Origin: Octopus bimaculoides | Lineage: Eukaryota | Reading direction: 5' to 3' | Assembly (NCBI RefSeq): GCF_001194135.2 | Contig: NC_068982.1 | Span: forward strand, 10,300,646 to 10,335,450 | DNA length: 34,805 nucleotides | Made by a program: the position numbers and the translations under genes | Shown: positions 10,187 to 21,017 of the stretch, one piece after another | Layout: each line of letters starts with the position of its first letter | How positions within the stretch are numbered: position 1 is the first letter of the stretch | Notes under the pieces: model-generated | Database searches by the model: none | What the model saw: the letters and a program-made list of their open reading frames with translations, nothing else | What the model was told of the DNA's origin: nothing

Positions 10187-10431
10187 GCGAATAGATGACA
10201 GTTCGTTTACTAGGGCGTGTAGCGGCAACTTATTTTGGTATGACACGTTGTTACTGTGATAATTTAAAGAACATTCGGCCGGTCTTTAATTTACAATTGC
10301 ACGTAATCAATACAGTAACTTTGAATAACATTTGATCAACCATTATTCATAACCAGCTACAGACATGGTTTTATAGCTTGGTATGAAAGAATTAATTGAG
10401 TATTGTAATATAAAACTAAGATAATATCGGT

Positions 10432-10635
10432 AGCACCTTGGGCAAGTGTCTTCTACTGTAGCTTCGGGCTGACCAAACCTTGAGAATGGATTTGGTAGAC
10501 GAAAGTTGTGTTTGTTTCCCACGACTGCTGGACAATCGGTGTTGGTGTGTTTACTTCCCCGTAACTTAGTGGTTCGGCAAAAGAGGGCGATAGAATATGG
10601 TACCAGGCTTCAAAAGTAAGTACAGGGGTCGATTC
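10432..10635 (+). mobile_element. SINE family C fragment lacking the head and the internal microsatellite
   Basis: GCACCTTGGGCAAGTGTCTTCTACT...GGATTTGGTAGACG joined almost directly to the second module GTTGGTGTGTTTAC...GGTTCGGCAAAAGAG...GGGGTCGAT. Confidence 0.85.
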
Positions 10636-10652
10636 CTCCCTTCCCATCGGTG

Positions 10653-11225
10653 CTAAGATTGCCCACGTCAGAAATGAGATCCAGAGGATAGGCAGTAAAT
10701 GCAACAAGTCAGGTGACTTGCAATTCGGACAAATCTTCATGGAGAATGATTATCCAGACACTTCCACCGAACGCCAGAACATCACCACACCATCTCACAA
10801 AATCTACTCATTCAAGGATAATGTGTTTTTGAAATCACTACAGTTTAAATATAAAACGAGACTGTTTTAATCCACCGAATAATCCATAGGAAGGGTGTGA
10901 ATATACGACTAGCGCACTCTGGAGCCTCCCTAAGTGGATCCCAACTATAAACGGGATAGTACAAAAAAAAAACGCCTTATGCACATTGTCCAACTGTCTG
11001 TTCAACGATGGAAATATGTCTGTTTATCTGTGCCCGTTGGTGGGGAATAATACCATATGTAGCATACGTAATAGATCCTACATCGGAAGTACCACGAGGC
11101 AACTATTCACATGTTTTAATGAATATTTGTATACTAATGTAAAAAAAAACCTACGGAAATGCCACACCCAAGACATCTAGGTTTTCATTGAAGCCACAAA
11201 ACATAACTTTGGGAACCTGGAATAA
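10653..11225 (+). mobile_element. Penelope-like element ORF C-terminus with GIY-YIG endonuclease, degenerate
   Basis: KIAHVRNEIQRIGSKC...FMENDYPD, IIHRKGVNIRLAHSGASL, LSNCLFND...TICSIRNRSYIGSTTRQLFTCFNEYL; matches the PLE pattern (V)Y..C..C...YIG.T.R.L..R..EH. Confidence 0.8.
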
Positions 11226-11234
11226 AAAAGACTC

Positions 11235-11312
11235 AGAATAAGTACTAGGGGTGACTTTAACGACTAATCCCCCAGTAGTGAGGACCTAGCGTAATCGCGG
11301 CCCAATAACTGA
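11235..11312 (+). mobile_element. Diverged 3' tail of SINE family C
   Basis: AGAATAAGTACTAGGGGTGAC...CGACTAA...CTAGCGTAATCGCGGCCCAATAACTGAGGACAGT resembles the family C 3' end. Confidence 0.4.
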
Positions 11313-11500
11313 GGACAGTCTTTAAGCAAAAGTGCAGATGGAAGTATTAAGAGGATTTTATTCATAACAATAGTGTTCCATCTCTACTATAATAATATGT
11401 GACAAAACTTCTACCCATGACATTTCCGAAATAGCCATATTTATTATTCGTGATAATGAAACCTGCACACATGTATCAGCGTTGGGTAACCTCCATAAAT

Positions 11501-11695
11501 ATTCTTTTCAACTCTAGGCACAAGACCCAAAATTTTGGGAGAGAGGACCAGTAGATTAGATCGATCCCAGTACACAATTGCTACTTAATTTATCGACCTC
11601 GAAAGGATGAAAGGCAAAGTCGACTTTAGCAGAATTTGAACTCAAAACGTAAAGAGAGACGAAATACCACTAAGTATTTCGCCCGGCGCGCAAAC
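11501..11695 (-). mobile_element. SINE family B, tail variant 1, head clipped
   Basis: Core AGTCGACTTTGCCTTTCATCCTTTCGAGGTCGATAAATTAAGTA; tail ...AAATTTTGGGTCTTGTGCCTAGAGTTGAAAAGAAT. Confidence 0.85.
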
Positions 11696-11701
11696 ATATC
11701 A

Positions 11702-11925
11702 TATTTCTTTATTGCTCACAAGGAGCTAAACATAGAGGGGACAAACAAGGACAGATTAAGTCGGTTATATCGGCCCCAGTGCGTAACTGGTACTTAATTT
11801 ATCGACCCCGAAAGGAACAACGGCAAAGTTGACCTCGGCGGAATTTGAACTCAGAACGTAACAGCAGACAAAATACCGCTATACATTTCGCCCGGCGTGC
11901 TAACGTTTCTGCCAGCTCACCGCCT
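11702..11925 (-). mobile_element. SINE family B, tail variant 2, full length
   Basis: Head AGGCGGTGAGCTGGCAGAAACGTTAGCACGCCGGGCG, B-box GAGTTCAAATTCC; tail GTCCTTGTTTGTCCCCTCTATGTTTAGCTCCTTGTGAGCAATAAAGAAATA. Confidence 0.9.
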
Positions 11926-11983
11926 ATATCTCCATAATATTGAACACGCAGCTAACAAAATTTGACAATACATATATTTTTGT

Positions 11984-12023
11984 AAGGCAGCGAGCTGGCA
12001 GAAACGTTAGCAAGCCGGGCGAA
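11984..12023 (+). mobile_element. SINE family B head only (40 bp)
   Basis: AAGGCAGCGAGCTGGCAGAAACGTTAGCAAGCCGGGCGAA; inverted relative to 11888-11925. Confidence 0.8.
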
Positions 12024-12479
12024 CTACTATCTCTCTCTGCACAATTTCGTCACATCACAGCGTTCAGTATCTCATCTCGTTCGGCCTAACGGCCCTCAAC
12101 GTTTGTTTTCCCTGTGTTGGTTTCTGTTTGCCACTTGGAATCCTCCGCATAACAGGTTTCACTTAATTTGCTTCGCGGGAAGAGCTATTCTAAGAGCCCA
12201 TTCTGCCACATCTTCGAAACGCCTAGTTTAGAACAGAGGCAGCTGATGAAGGAAAAGTTCCATATGTGGCTTGTCTGTTTTGCTATGTGTTCATTCTTTT
12301 GTCCGTAAAAAAAAGTTCCTTTTTTGTGCTTTATTTATGTTCCCGTTCCTATTTTGTCCACGTTTTTTTGACGTCCTGTACCCGGATATGCATCTATATA
12401 TACATGTAGATGTAGGTATGTACATATATGTATGTATATATGTGTATGCTCACATTTGTATTATTTTATATATAGATCG

Positions 12480-12621
12480 NNNNNNNNNNNNNNNNNNNNN
12501 NNNNNNNNNNNNNNNNNNNNNNNNNNNNNNNNNNNNNNNNNNNNNNNNNNNNNNNNNNNNNNNNNNNNNNNNNNNNNNNNNNNNNNNNNNNNNNNNNNNN
12601 NNNNNNNNNNNNNNNNNNNNN
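12480..12621. other. Assembly gap, preceded by AGATCG (possible adapter start)
   Basis: N run; the last six bases before the gap match the start of AGATCGGAAGAGC. Confidence 0.9.
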
Positions 12622-14475
12622 TATATATATATATATATATATATGTGTACACATACACACACACACATATCCAGAGACACACTAAAAGAAAATCGAATCT
12701 GAAGTTCCTTGGTTGTCATCCAATCTTGTGGATATTTCTCTCTAGAGTTAAAAAAAAAATTAATAATCCATTTCGAATCTTTTATGCATATTTATCGACC
12801 CAGCCATTTATCCATTCTATATAGTGTTAAAACAAAATAATGTAACAATATAGGAATGCAAATGCATTTGTATTATTAACGAATAGTCTGAAGAGCGAAA
12901 TTGTTTACTTGTAAATGCATATCGTCGCAAATATCGATATTTTTCATAGTAACCGAACTATCGTTGGTACAGACGAAAGACAAGAGTGATGTCATGTACA
13001 AATGTCAGTAAATAAACATAAACGAATGAGCATATATCAAAGCAATGTTCCAATGTAGCCTTCACGTGATGGCTGGACCAAACTAAAGAATATGTAACAT
13101 GCAAATAAATTCAATAGCAAATCTTTTGTTCTCTCAATTCAATTCCTTTGTCAATCACTGGCTGGGCACATAAGAAACTATCGTATAAAAATACACTTGA
13201 TAAGTAAAACATCGAAGCTCATACTTGCATGAATCCTTTACAACACACTATTATCTGACTTTACTGTGAATTCATTGTGAATTCAATTGAAAGCAAATTA
13301 TTTTAATTTTTCTTAGAATTCAAACACGCACTTAACTGGATGTTTTATTGAGAATGTCAGGAAAATTTCTCCTTCAAAATATTGCTGCATTTCTAATTTA
13401 TTCGGCTACAGTAATAAAACAGAAACCAGACACTTGATACACAAAGCAAAGGTCGAACAAACAATAAAGATATTAAATATTGAACACGCAGCTATTTTTA
13501 TTCATCACAGTTGAGTAAGTGCGCTAGATATCTTTATATTCTAAACAATCATGCCCCGAAGAGATGTTTCGATTGCCACATCTCTCTTTTTCTTAATGTC
13601 AAACGATATTAATATACTATCAAGACTGGAGCTGTAAACTAAGGTGCAAATCCCAGAGGGCAGAATTCGTGACACGCTCTCAGTTTTCAACAGAAATCCG
13701 CTCTCTACGTGTGTATAGCTAATAACTGAAGTACAACTGTCTGTTCCCTCGTCTGGAAATTCTGTACAGTCAATAAAATGTTTTTATAAGCTACTTTCAC
13801 TTGGCAGTAAAACCTGATGTTGGCCTTAGCCGGAATGAACTTAACGCCTATATTATTTTCTGATTTATGAAAACAATAAACTTACAAACGGGTGTAGAAA
13901 CACATATCTCCCGAGTAAGTGGGGACTGCATTGTCGATGACACCACACAAAGACTAAATTCTACTCGCTTTCAGTTCAGTTCTAACAATTTCTCTATTTT
14001 CACTAATTGCTTAGTCTCGACAGTATTGCTCCCGTCTAAATTGGTGATTTATCGGAATATGGCAGAATGAAGTATTTCGTAGTATTGTCTAATATAGCAA
14101 AATATCAAATAATTTGGAGGAAAATTGTTAACTTCATGTATATACAAAATTTCTCAAATAGTTACTAATACATCTTTATTATAGGCAATATTAAGCACAA
14201 CACACACACACACGTCAGGCATGTTTTAAAAGTAAACAAATAGAATTACAATTTCATTTAATGGTAATTACATAATCGCAAGTGAAAACTAATTTAAAAT
14301 CTATAAATTCGGTTAATTATTGTAGAAAAACATGGATTCATTATTTGTGGTAGCGTTTATACTTTTCTAAATAACCAAGAAAAGTTTGTCTATTCAAATA
14401 TATTCTTTTGCCCGAAGGAAGACACATACAGTAAGAATCTTTGATTTAAGTCGGAGTGAATCAGTGAACACACAA

Positions 14476-14477
<2 letters not shown>

Positions 14478-14533
<56 letters not shown>

Positions 14534-14573
14534 NNNNNNNNNNNNNNNNNNNNNNNNNNNNNNNNNNNNNNNN

Positions 14574-14612
<39 letters not shown>
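14478..14612. repeat. (CA)n, N gap (14534-14573), (TA)n
   Basis: Direct reading. Confidence 0.95.
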
Positions 14613-14614
<2 letters not shown>

Positions 14615-16545
14615 AGGTTGAGTAAAAAGTTTTTCGCATTTCACAATTTAATTTTTAGTTGAAGCAAAGTAAGAAAATTGCTTATTCATCAAAACATATT
14701 CCATCATATTCTACTGTCTATTGCCATTGTTGTGCCAAAAGATCGAATTTGAATGTCATTCACTCCGTCCGTGCAGGAAATGAGCCATTACCTGGAAAAG
14801 GCGGTAATCTGAAGGGGCAACGCCAGGACAGTAGGCAGGGTGAGGCAGTACTTCCAGCCTCACAATTTTCTTAAGTTTGCTCTTGGTCACATTAGCAGTG
14901 CTGGGGCATGTTATGCTGTAGGAGTGCGTGTTTTCCATTGACCAATCCGGGTATCGGGATTTTAAAACACTATACACTCGCCGCAGTTGATGAGCATAAA
15001 GGTTAGTGTTCACAGCATCAATTTATGGAACAAGCACGAAGTGCAACATCCTCTCGGAATTCTGAGAAAGACACAAAAAGACCGTCTTTTCAAATTACTC
15101 TTGTTTGACTGCAGATTCTGAAGCCTGGATGGAAGAAAGCCACTGATCTCTCTTATTCGAATTGCGAAAGTAGATCTTTTTTCCATCTCGAATTACAATT
15201 AAATGCCAAAAAAGGTAACCTCAAGGATTTGCCAGCAGTTGTCTGCAAGTGTTGATACGTGGTTAAGTCTGATCATTGGAGAGTTCATGAGAATTTTCTC
15301 AGCAGCCCTGTTTACAACACCGAGTTCATGGAGGTGCTTTGTGAAAGATCAATTTCTGCCGACTATGTGCGAGCGTTTGTGCTTGGCTGTCATTCAAAAA
15401 TTTAAAGCTAGGTTTCATCGTCCACGACTAAAGTTCTCCCTGACCTTGGTTTGTTTTCGAGATTGGTGTCATCTTCCTTGAAATACAGGGTCGGACAGAG
15501 AGGACGGACATTTTTGAAATCGCTATGACCCATCCCTAGGGGGACGAACATATGTCCGACAGGTACCATTCAGTCCGTGGTGTCTTAGCATTTTCTTCTT
15601 TTAAGGTGAAGCCATGGAGCTGTGGACTATAGAGCATCGCGTGTTTGCCTACAACAGTTACGGGAAGAATAACGAGTTTGTCACAGCAGTTCAGCTTGAG
15701 TTTCGGCGCCACTCCATCATTCACCGACATCAGGCAGTTTCTACCCGTAGCACAATCTTACGTTGAGTGAATGCACTTCGTACTCGAGGTACACTAATGT
15801 ATATGAGACCGGTAGTGGCGTTACGAATGGTACAGACCCCGGAAAATGTGGAAGGTGTCAGACAAGCTTTGATACGGAGTCCGAATCTTTCTGCTCGGAG
15901 GCATTCCACTGAACGTGGCATCGGTAGTCGTTCGGAAAGGCGCATTTTGCATGAAGACCAGCATTTCCACCCGTACAAATTGGTCATTGGGCAACAGTTG
16001 AAACCATGGGACTTTGCACAGCAGCTTAACGTCAGATGGAAGCAATTTTTGACGCAAATGACAACCTCATTTTGTTAATGAGTGATGAAGCTTATTTTAT
16101 CTCAATTGCATTGTGAATCATCAGGATTTTCGTTATTGGGCTCCTGAAAATCCGAGAGAGGGCAATGTTGCCCAAATCGACAGAGTAATGCTGGAGAGAG
16201 TGGAGGCCTACCTCCAAGAACACCTTCAGAAATGCATCAATATAAACGGACACCATATGGCGGATGTTGTTTTCCACACTTAATCTTGACAAATGCGAAT
16301 ACAAACACTTTAATGTCAATGATTTTTATTTGCCGCTAACATTAAGGTTTTTGCAAAACTTTCAAAAACGTCCACCCTCTCCACCCCACCAAGTACCTGA
16401 ACTAGTTTTATGCTACATGTTCGTTAACCTTTCCTGGGCCTTCCATCTCATTAATTTCTTTTGAGGCTGCCCTGGCATTCAGTCCTTTTTTCCACAGGTA
16501 GCGTAAAATAATTTCAATTTTTTTCACTACCCATTATCAATGCTG
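14613..16545 (-). mobile_element. mariner (DD34D-type) transposon remnant, split by a nested Tc1-like element
   Basis: N-terminus EKIEIILRYLWKKGLNARAASKEINEMEGPG (16400-16530); after removing the insertion the frame reads *FRYFKEDDTNLENKPRSGR; C-terminus LLQHN...EVLPHPAYCPGVAPSDYRLFQVMAHFL; end CCAGGTTGAGTAAAAAGTTTTTCG next to TA. Confidence 0.9.
15486..16393 (+). mobile_element. Tc1-like (IS630-Tc1-mariner, DUF4817-type N-terminus) internal-deletion derivative with both TIRs and TA TSD
   Basis: TIRs CAGGGTCGGACAGAGAGGACGGACATTTTTGAAA versus rc CTTGGTGGGGTGGAGAGGGTGGACGTTTTTGAAA. Pseudo-ORF 15614-16283: MELWTIEHRVFAY...SPNLSARRHS...HFHPYKL...MSDEAY...RYWAPENP then a jump to IAQIDRVMLERV...QKCININGHHMADVVFHT*. 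Confidence 0.9.
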
Positions 16546-16554
16546 CACAATAAA

Positions 16555-16797
16555 GAGAGTCATTTTTTTCTTTTTGTGCCTTATAATTTAACACACTCAC
16601 CGGCAAAATTTCCACTTATTTCTTATTTTTATTTTACTAAAATTTTCGTTGCGTCTTGCAACCTTTTCAATAGTCTTGACTCTATTGAAAAGGTTGCAAG
16701 ACACAACGAAAATTTTAGGAAAATAAAAATAAGAAATAAGTGGAAATTTTACCGGTGAGTGTGTTAAATTATATGGTACGAAAAGAAAATGGCTCTC
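16555..16797. repeat. Near-perfect palindrome, arms of about 117 bp with an 8-nt loop; right arm continues as a longer repeat to about 16860
   Basis: 16555-16673 is the reverse complement of 16682-16797 with only scattered mismatches. Confidence 0.95.
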
Positions 16798-17004
16798 CCC
16801 AGACACAACAGAATATGCTTCAACACACGAACTCAAATAAAGAATCTTGAAAACCAAATCCCAAAACGAAATAATTTTTATATATTATATATGAAAATAA
16901 AGAGCAAAAATTTAGTAACTATTGCATCAAATTAATGAAATGACATAGAGTTACATTTTGTTAGTAAGCACTTATGAATACCGGAAAAATATTTAGACTA
17001 TATA

Positions 17005-17220
17005 CAGGGTGGCCCACAAAAATAGGATTACAGTTATCACATAGGCACTTTAAATTTCTTTTAACACATTTTATTACATTTAAATTGCTATCTTACAATT
17101 AACTAAATTAACATAGAATAGTGGTTTCAAATGTTTTTTTATAATTTAAATCTAAACTGTTAATATATGAATACGAAAGCGATAGTTGAATAACTATAAA
17201 CCTTCTTTGGGGCCACCCTG
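17005..17220. mobile_element. Tc1/mariner-type MITE, 216 bp, TA TSD
   Basis: TA-CAGGGTGGCCCACAAAAATAGGATTACAGTTAT ... ATAACTATAAACCTTCTTTGGGGCCACCCTG-TA. Confidence 0.9.
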
Positions 17221-17794
17221 TATATGATGTGTGTGTGCATGCGTGTGTGTGTGTATACATACTTACACATACATTCGTACATGCATGTATAGAGGAGAAT
17301 TGGTTTGAAGGTTGAAAATGCTCTTGTGTCTTAAAACGAACTGCAGCTTTTAAAATGTTTTAAAATTTATTACATTTACAAATGTATTCCATTTACAAAT
17401 TTGTTATAACACCACAGCAGTCTGAACAGTTTTTTTTGTTTATAATGGTAAATAAAAAATAAGACAAAAGTTGAGAGTGAATGCACACGAGAAAATTTCT
17501 TTGTGATTAGACCTGCTCAAAAAATGAAATGTTCATGAAAATTCAAGAAGTCAATAAAATTCACAGTAATAGGAAATGATAAAAGTTCAAATGTTCGATA
17601 AATTTTGTAACAACAATACATAATTGAAAGTTCAATAGCTTCCAAAATATTAAGTTATACTAGAAACTAGGTACGTTGAAATTTCAAAAAATAAAAAAAA
17701 TTGTTACATGTTCTGTCCCGGTGTATGAAGAAGAAATGTTCGTAGTTTGGTTTGCTGGTGGAAATTTGAATTATTTCAAGCCGATATTGATTTG

Positions 17795-18110
17795 GTTTTT
17801 CGTTTTGTCGCCCTTTCAAAGCCTAGCCAGGCTCATGGGCCCGGTTTCCCGGGTTCTATGGCATACGTGTTCCCTCCAGCTGAACAGGACGCCAGTCCAT
17901 CGCGGCGTTACTCAAGAAACAGGAAAAAAGAGTGAGAGAAAGTTGGGGCGAAAGAGTACAACAGGAGTCGCCACCATCCCCTGCTAGAACCTCGCGGAGC
18001 TTTAGGTGTTTTCGCTCAATAAGCACACACAACGCCCGGTCTGGAAATCGAAACCTCGATCCTCCGACCGCGAGTCCGCTGCCCTAACCACTGGGCCATT
18101 GTGCCTCCAC
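17795..18110 (-). mobile_element. SINE with the family A head and core but a different 3' module (V-domain-like)
   Basis: 17915-18110 matches family A; downstream it reads CGCCGCGATGGACTGGCGTCCTGTTCAG...ATGCCATAGAACCCGGGAAACCGGGCCCATGAGCCTGGCTAGG instead of the A tail. Confidence 0.85.
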
Positions 18111-18214
18111 GTATTGATTTGTATCGATATATATATATTGGTTACTTACTCAAAGACGTCACTTGCTTTTATCTTCCAGTAACCTAGCGTTCCAGTTAGC
18201 TGATAGCCTGAGTA

Positions 18215-18930
18215 CGTCATTTGTTTATCAAATATTCTGGTCACTTATTTGCGTTTGGCAGTAGTCTTTGACTGACTGCCTGGAGACATCATTTATCAAC
18301 CGTTTTGATCATTTGTTTTTGTCCAAGTGCTCTGGCTGGATGATTTTCTCTGGACATTATTTGTTTACCAAATGTTTTGGCCACTTGTGTATATCTGACA
18401 GTTGTCATTTGTTTTTCAAAAGTTAGGGTCGGCTGAATGTTTAAAAACATCATTTGTGTTCTTTTTTCCAGAGGATCCGGTTTTAACGAAAACTAAAACT
18501 CAACTGGTCAGTCCTATGATGACGTCATCTATTTGTTTCGAAACCGTCTAATGTATAGTGGTTAGGAGCTAGGGCTTTGAATCCTGAAGGAAACCCCTTA
18601 GTTCGTCTTGGAATTTTATTATTTTTGTCGTTTCTAATTGTTTTTTGTTGGATTGAGTAAACTGTTGTAAGAAAGTATTTAGTTTTGGTTGATATTTTTT
18701 AATAAACATATCTTCTTTATTTAATCGAAATTGGACTGAGGTGTCCCTATGTATTGATAGAAAGGGAAAATTTGATATTTGGATATTTTTTCTCTGAGCA
18801 AAGATCTCAATGTTTACTCAAACATATTTTTCTGGTCCTGGAGATACGCATCAATTGGCAGTTCGCCGCCATTTTGTCCCTCAAATTTAAATTTGTTTAT
18901 GTAGTTTTCACAATTAAAATGTTAGACAGG
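18215..18930. repeat. Unclassified interspersed repeat with internal CATTTGTTT-type direct repeats
   Basis: Degenerate 47-bp duplication (18216-18262 versus 18354-18403), several CATTTGTTT units, palindrome GATGACGTCATC at 18518-18529. Class and boundaries uncertain. Confidence 0.3.
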
Positions 18931-19181
18931 ACCAGCCGCAAACGAGAACCTATCATAGATTAAGAGTTTAGAGAAGACCAGACAACAACATTAATAGAAA
19001 ACTAATGTCTTCGGCCGAAATCTAGGAGTCATGTTTTAGACTTAGTAGACAGTATTCCTGTCTACCAAATTCTGTTCTTGTTCTACCAAATTCTGATATT
19101 GGTTGTCCGATGTTCTTAACCACAAACACATGAGTACGCGTATGGATATGTGTTTTTATATATGCACGTGTGGGTATGCAT

Positions 19182-19196
19182 ATGTGTGTGTGTGTC

Positions 19197-19247
<51 letters not shown>
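19182..19247. repeat. (TG)n microsatellite
   Basis: Direct reading. Confidence 0.95.
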
Positions 19248-19250
<3 letters not shown>

Positions 19251-19294
19251 ACGAGAGATTTTCTTCTAACGAGAGGTTGCAAGTGAGTACTTAC

Positions 19295-19367
19295 TGACAA
19301 AGCTCCCAAAGGCAGAAATGCACATCTAAATACGCCACCATCGCTGTTGGACGAATTTCGTCCACTA
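19295..19367 (-). CDS. Candidate orphan exon (VDEIRPTAMVAYLDVHFCLWELC; alternative acceptor at 19430 gives another open frame)
   Basis: Donor CA|GTAAGTAC; acceptors ATATTGCAG (19367) or TTAATTGCAG (19430); non-repeat, GC-richer block. Confidence 0.2.
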
Positions 19368-21017
19368 CTGCAATATTTTGCTGTTAATGAACTCAGTACG
19401 TTGATAAGAAGTACTATCTCAGGACGAATACTGCAATTAAAATGTCTTTCCGTAATGTATCTACATTAAGGATTATACGCAGATAGCTATACTAAATTTG
19501 CGCTGCCAACCACTCGTTAAGACAATATCCGTCATTACTAATGTTGCAATTAGTCGGCCGGATGAGTAAAAATTTGTTACGTTTAATAGAAACAGTATCA
19601 GTTTAAAATGGCCATTTGTGTGTGATACTAAATGCATATACATCACGGAAAGCAAAGTTAACTGTTGTATTGTCTCAAGATTATACCACTTATAGACATA
19701 CTGTGTTAGATAACACAAACATATATCAGTACAACAGCTAATTAAGTAAAGCAATATTCTAAATTTTGCGGTATTCTGCAATATATGACAAGTAAACTGA
19801 TTTCATTAAGTTTATCACACAATGAAAATTCCTACTAACGCTGCATTGTAGATAGATCGCTAGTTGGTTGGAACTAGATTAGATTCTGAAATTAAGAAAC
19901 GTTTTGAATTACGCATTGTATAAATAGTTTAATGTCAATAAATATTTAATTACTCATTATCAGAGAATTATCTAAATTGTTCCTTACTATTCACAAACGT
20001 TCATTTTCTATTCATTCAACAGTAAGCATTCAGTAATACTAAGCACTCATTCATATACAATATACCTTTAGAAAAGAACGCGATGCAATATATTTCGCGA
20101 TCCCAGTTGATTAGAAACCATTTAAGTACTTATCGGCTCTGTAGAGAGATTGTCAGACTAAGTACATATAGTAATTAATTATCGTTACCTCTTAAATGAA
20201 AACTAATTGAAAATTTTGAACAAAGTTGATGAGGGAATGCAAAAACAAACGATAGCCAAACATTCATTTAGCGTCTGTACATAGTGTTCTGCTCGAAAGT
20301 TCATTACTGTTGGAAATCTCACTTCTGTCTATTTATCACCTTTCCTCTTGCTTGTTTCTGCATGCGTGTGTATATATATGTGTGTGTGGGAGTGTGTTTA
20401 ATTTACAAGGAAAGAGCCGGAGATATAGTTACCAGGATAGCCAAATGTCACATAAGCAATTTAAGTTATTAGTAACCACACGTACATGGGTAATAATTCC
20501 AAGGAGAAGTGAGACATAAGAGAAATAGAAAATAGAGACAAACGCACAAGATGTTATTTAAATCATTTATATCGTCGATGGATACATTAAAATTAATTTG
20601 CAAGGGGAAAAAATGTGGAATAATGTATCAATCTTATCATGGAGGAGATTATAAATAACAGTGTTCATTAAAAAGCCATTTTTACCGATGTCAGAAATTA
20701 TAACATATAATATATAATAAATGAAAAACAAAAAGGTGGAAAGAGAACGCTAGTAACTATAAAATATCGTTAAGAAATGATACGTTATAGGACGAGAGAA
20801 AAAGAGAAAGAAGAGAGAAGGAAAATTAAAGGAGTAATAAGGGAATAGACAAACAGAAAGGTGAATGACAAATAAATAGAAATGATGAATGAAAGAATGG
20901 GATGTATGGAAGGAAAAGAAGGAAAAGAATGAAGTGAAAGTAACAGATGTTATTAGGCGAAAGCGGTCGGAAAATGTTTGAAATAGCTAAAAGTGTGTTT
21001 TTTTTCCAATGGAAACA

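Noticed and set aside
12211-12260. GAAAC followed by CTGATGA as a permuted hammerhead in the 12.0-12.4 kb repeat-like block
   Set aside because: The order would need a type-II topology, but stems I-III do not pair beyond 2-3 bp.
12950-13007. Plus-strand AG...GT block encoding TELSLVQTKDKSDVMYKC
   Set aside because: Moderate splice signals only, with no partner exons or recognisable homology.
13867-14090. Coding-like block with donors on both strands
   Set aside because: Longer exon definitions contain stops; the 68-bp version is open in all three frames, so it is uninformative.
19045-19065. 8-bp hairpin GTAGACAG-TATTC-CTGTCTAC as a Helitron end or terminator
   Set aside because: No CTRR end at the proper spacing; short hairpins arise by chance; bacterial terminators are irrelevant here.
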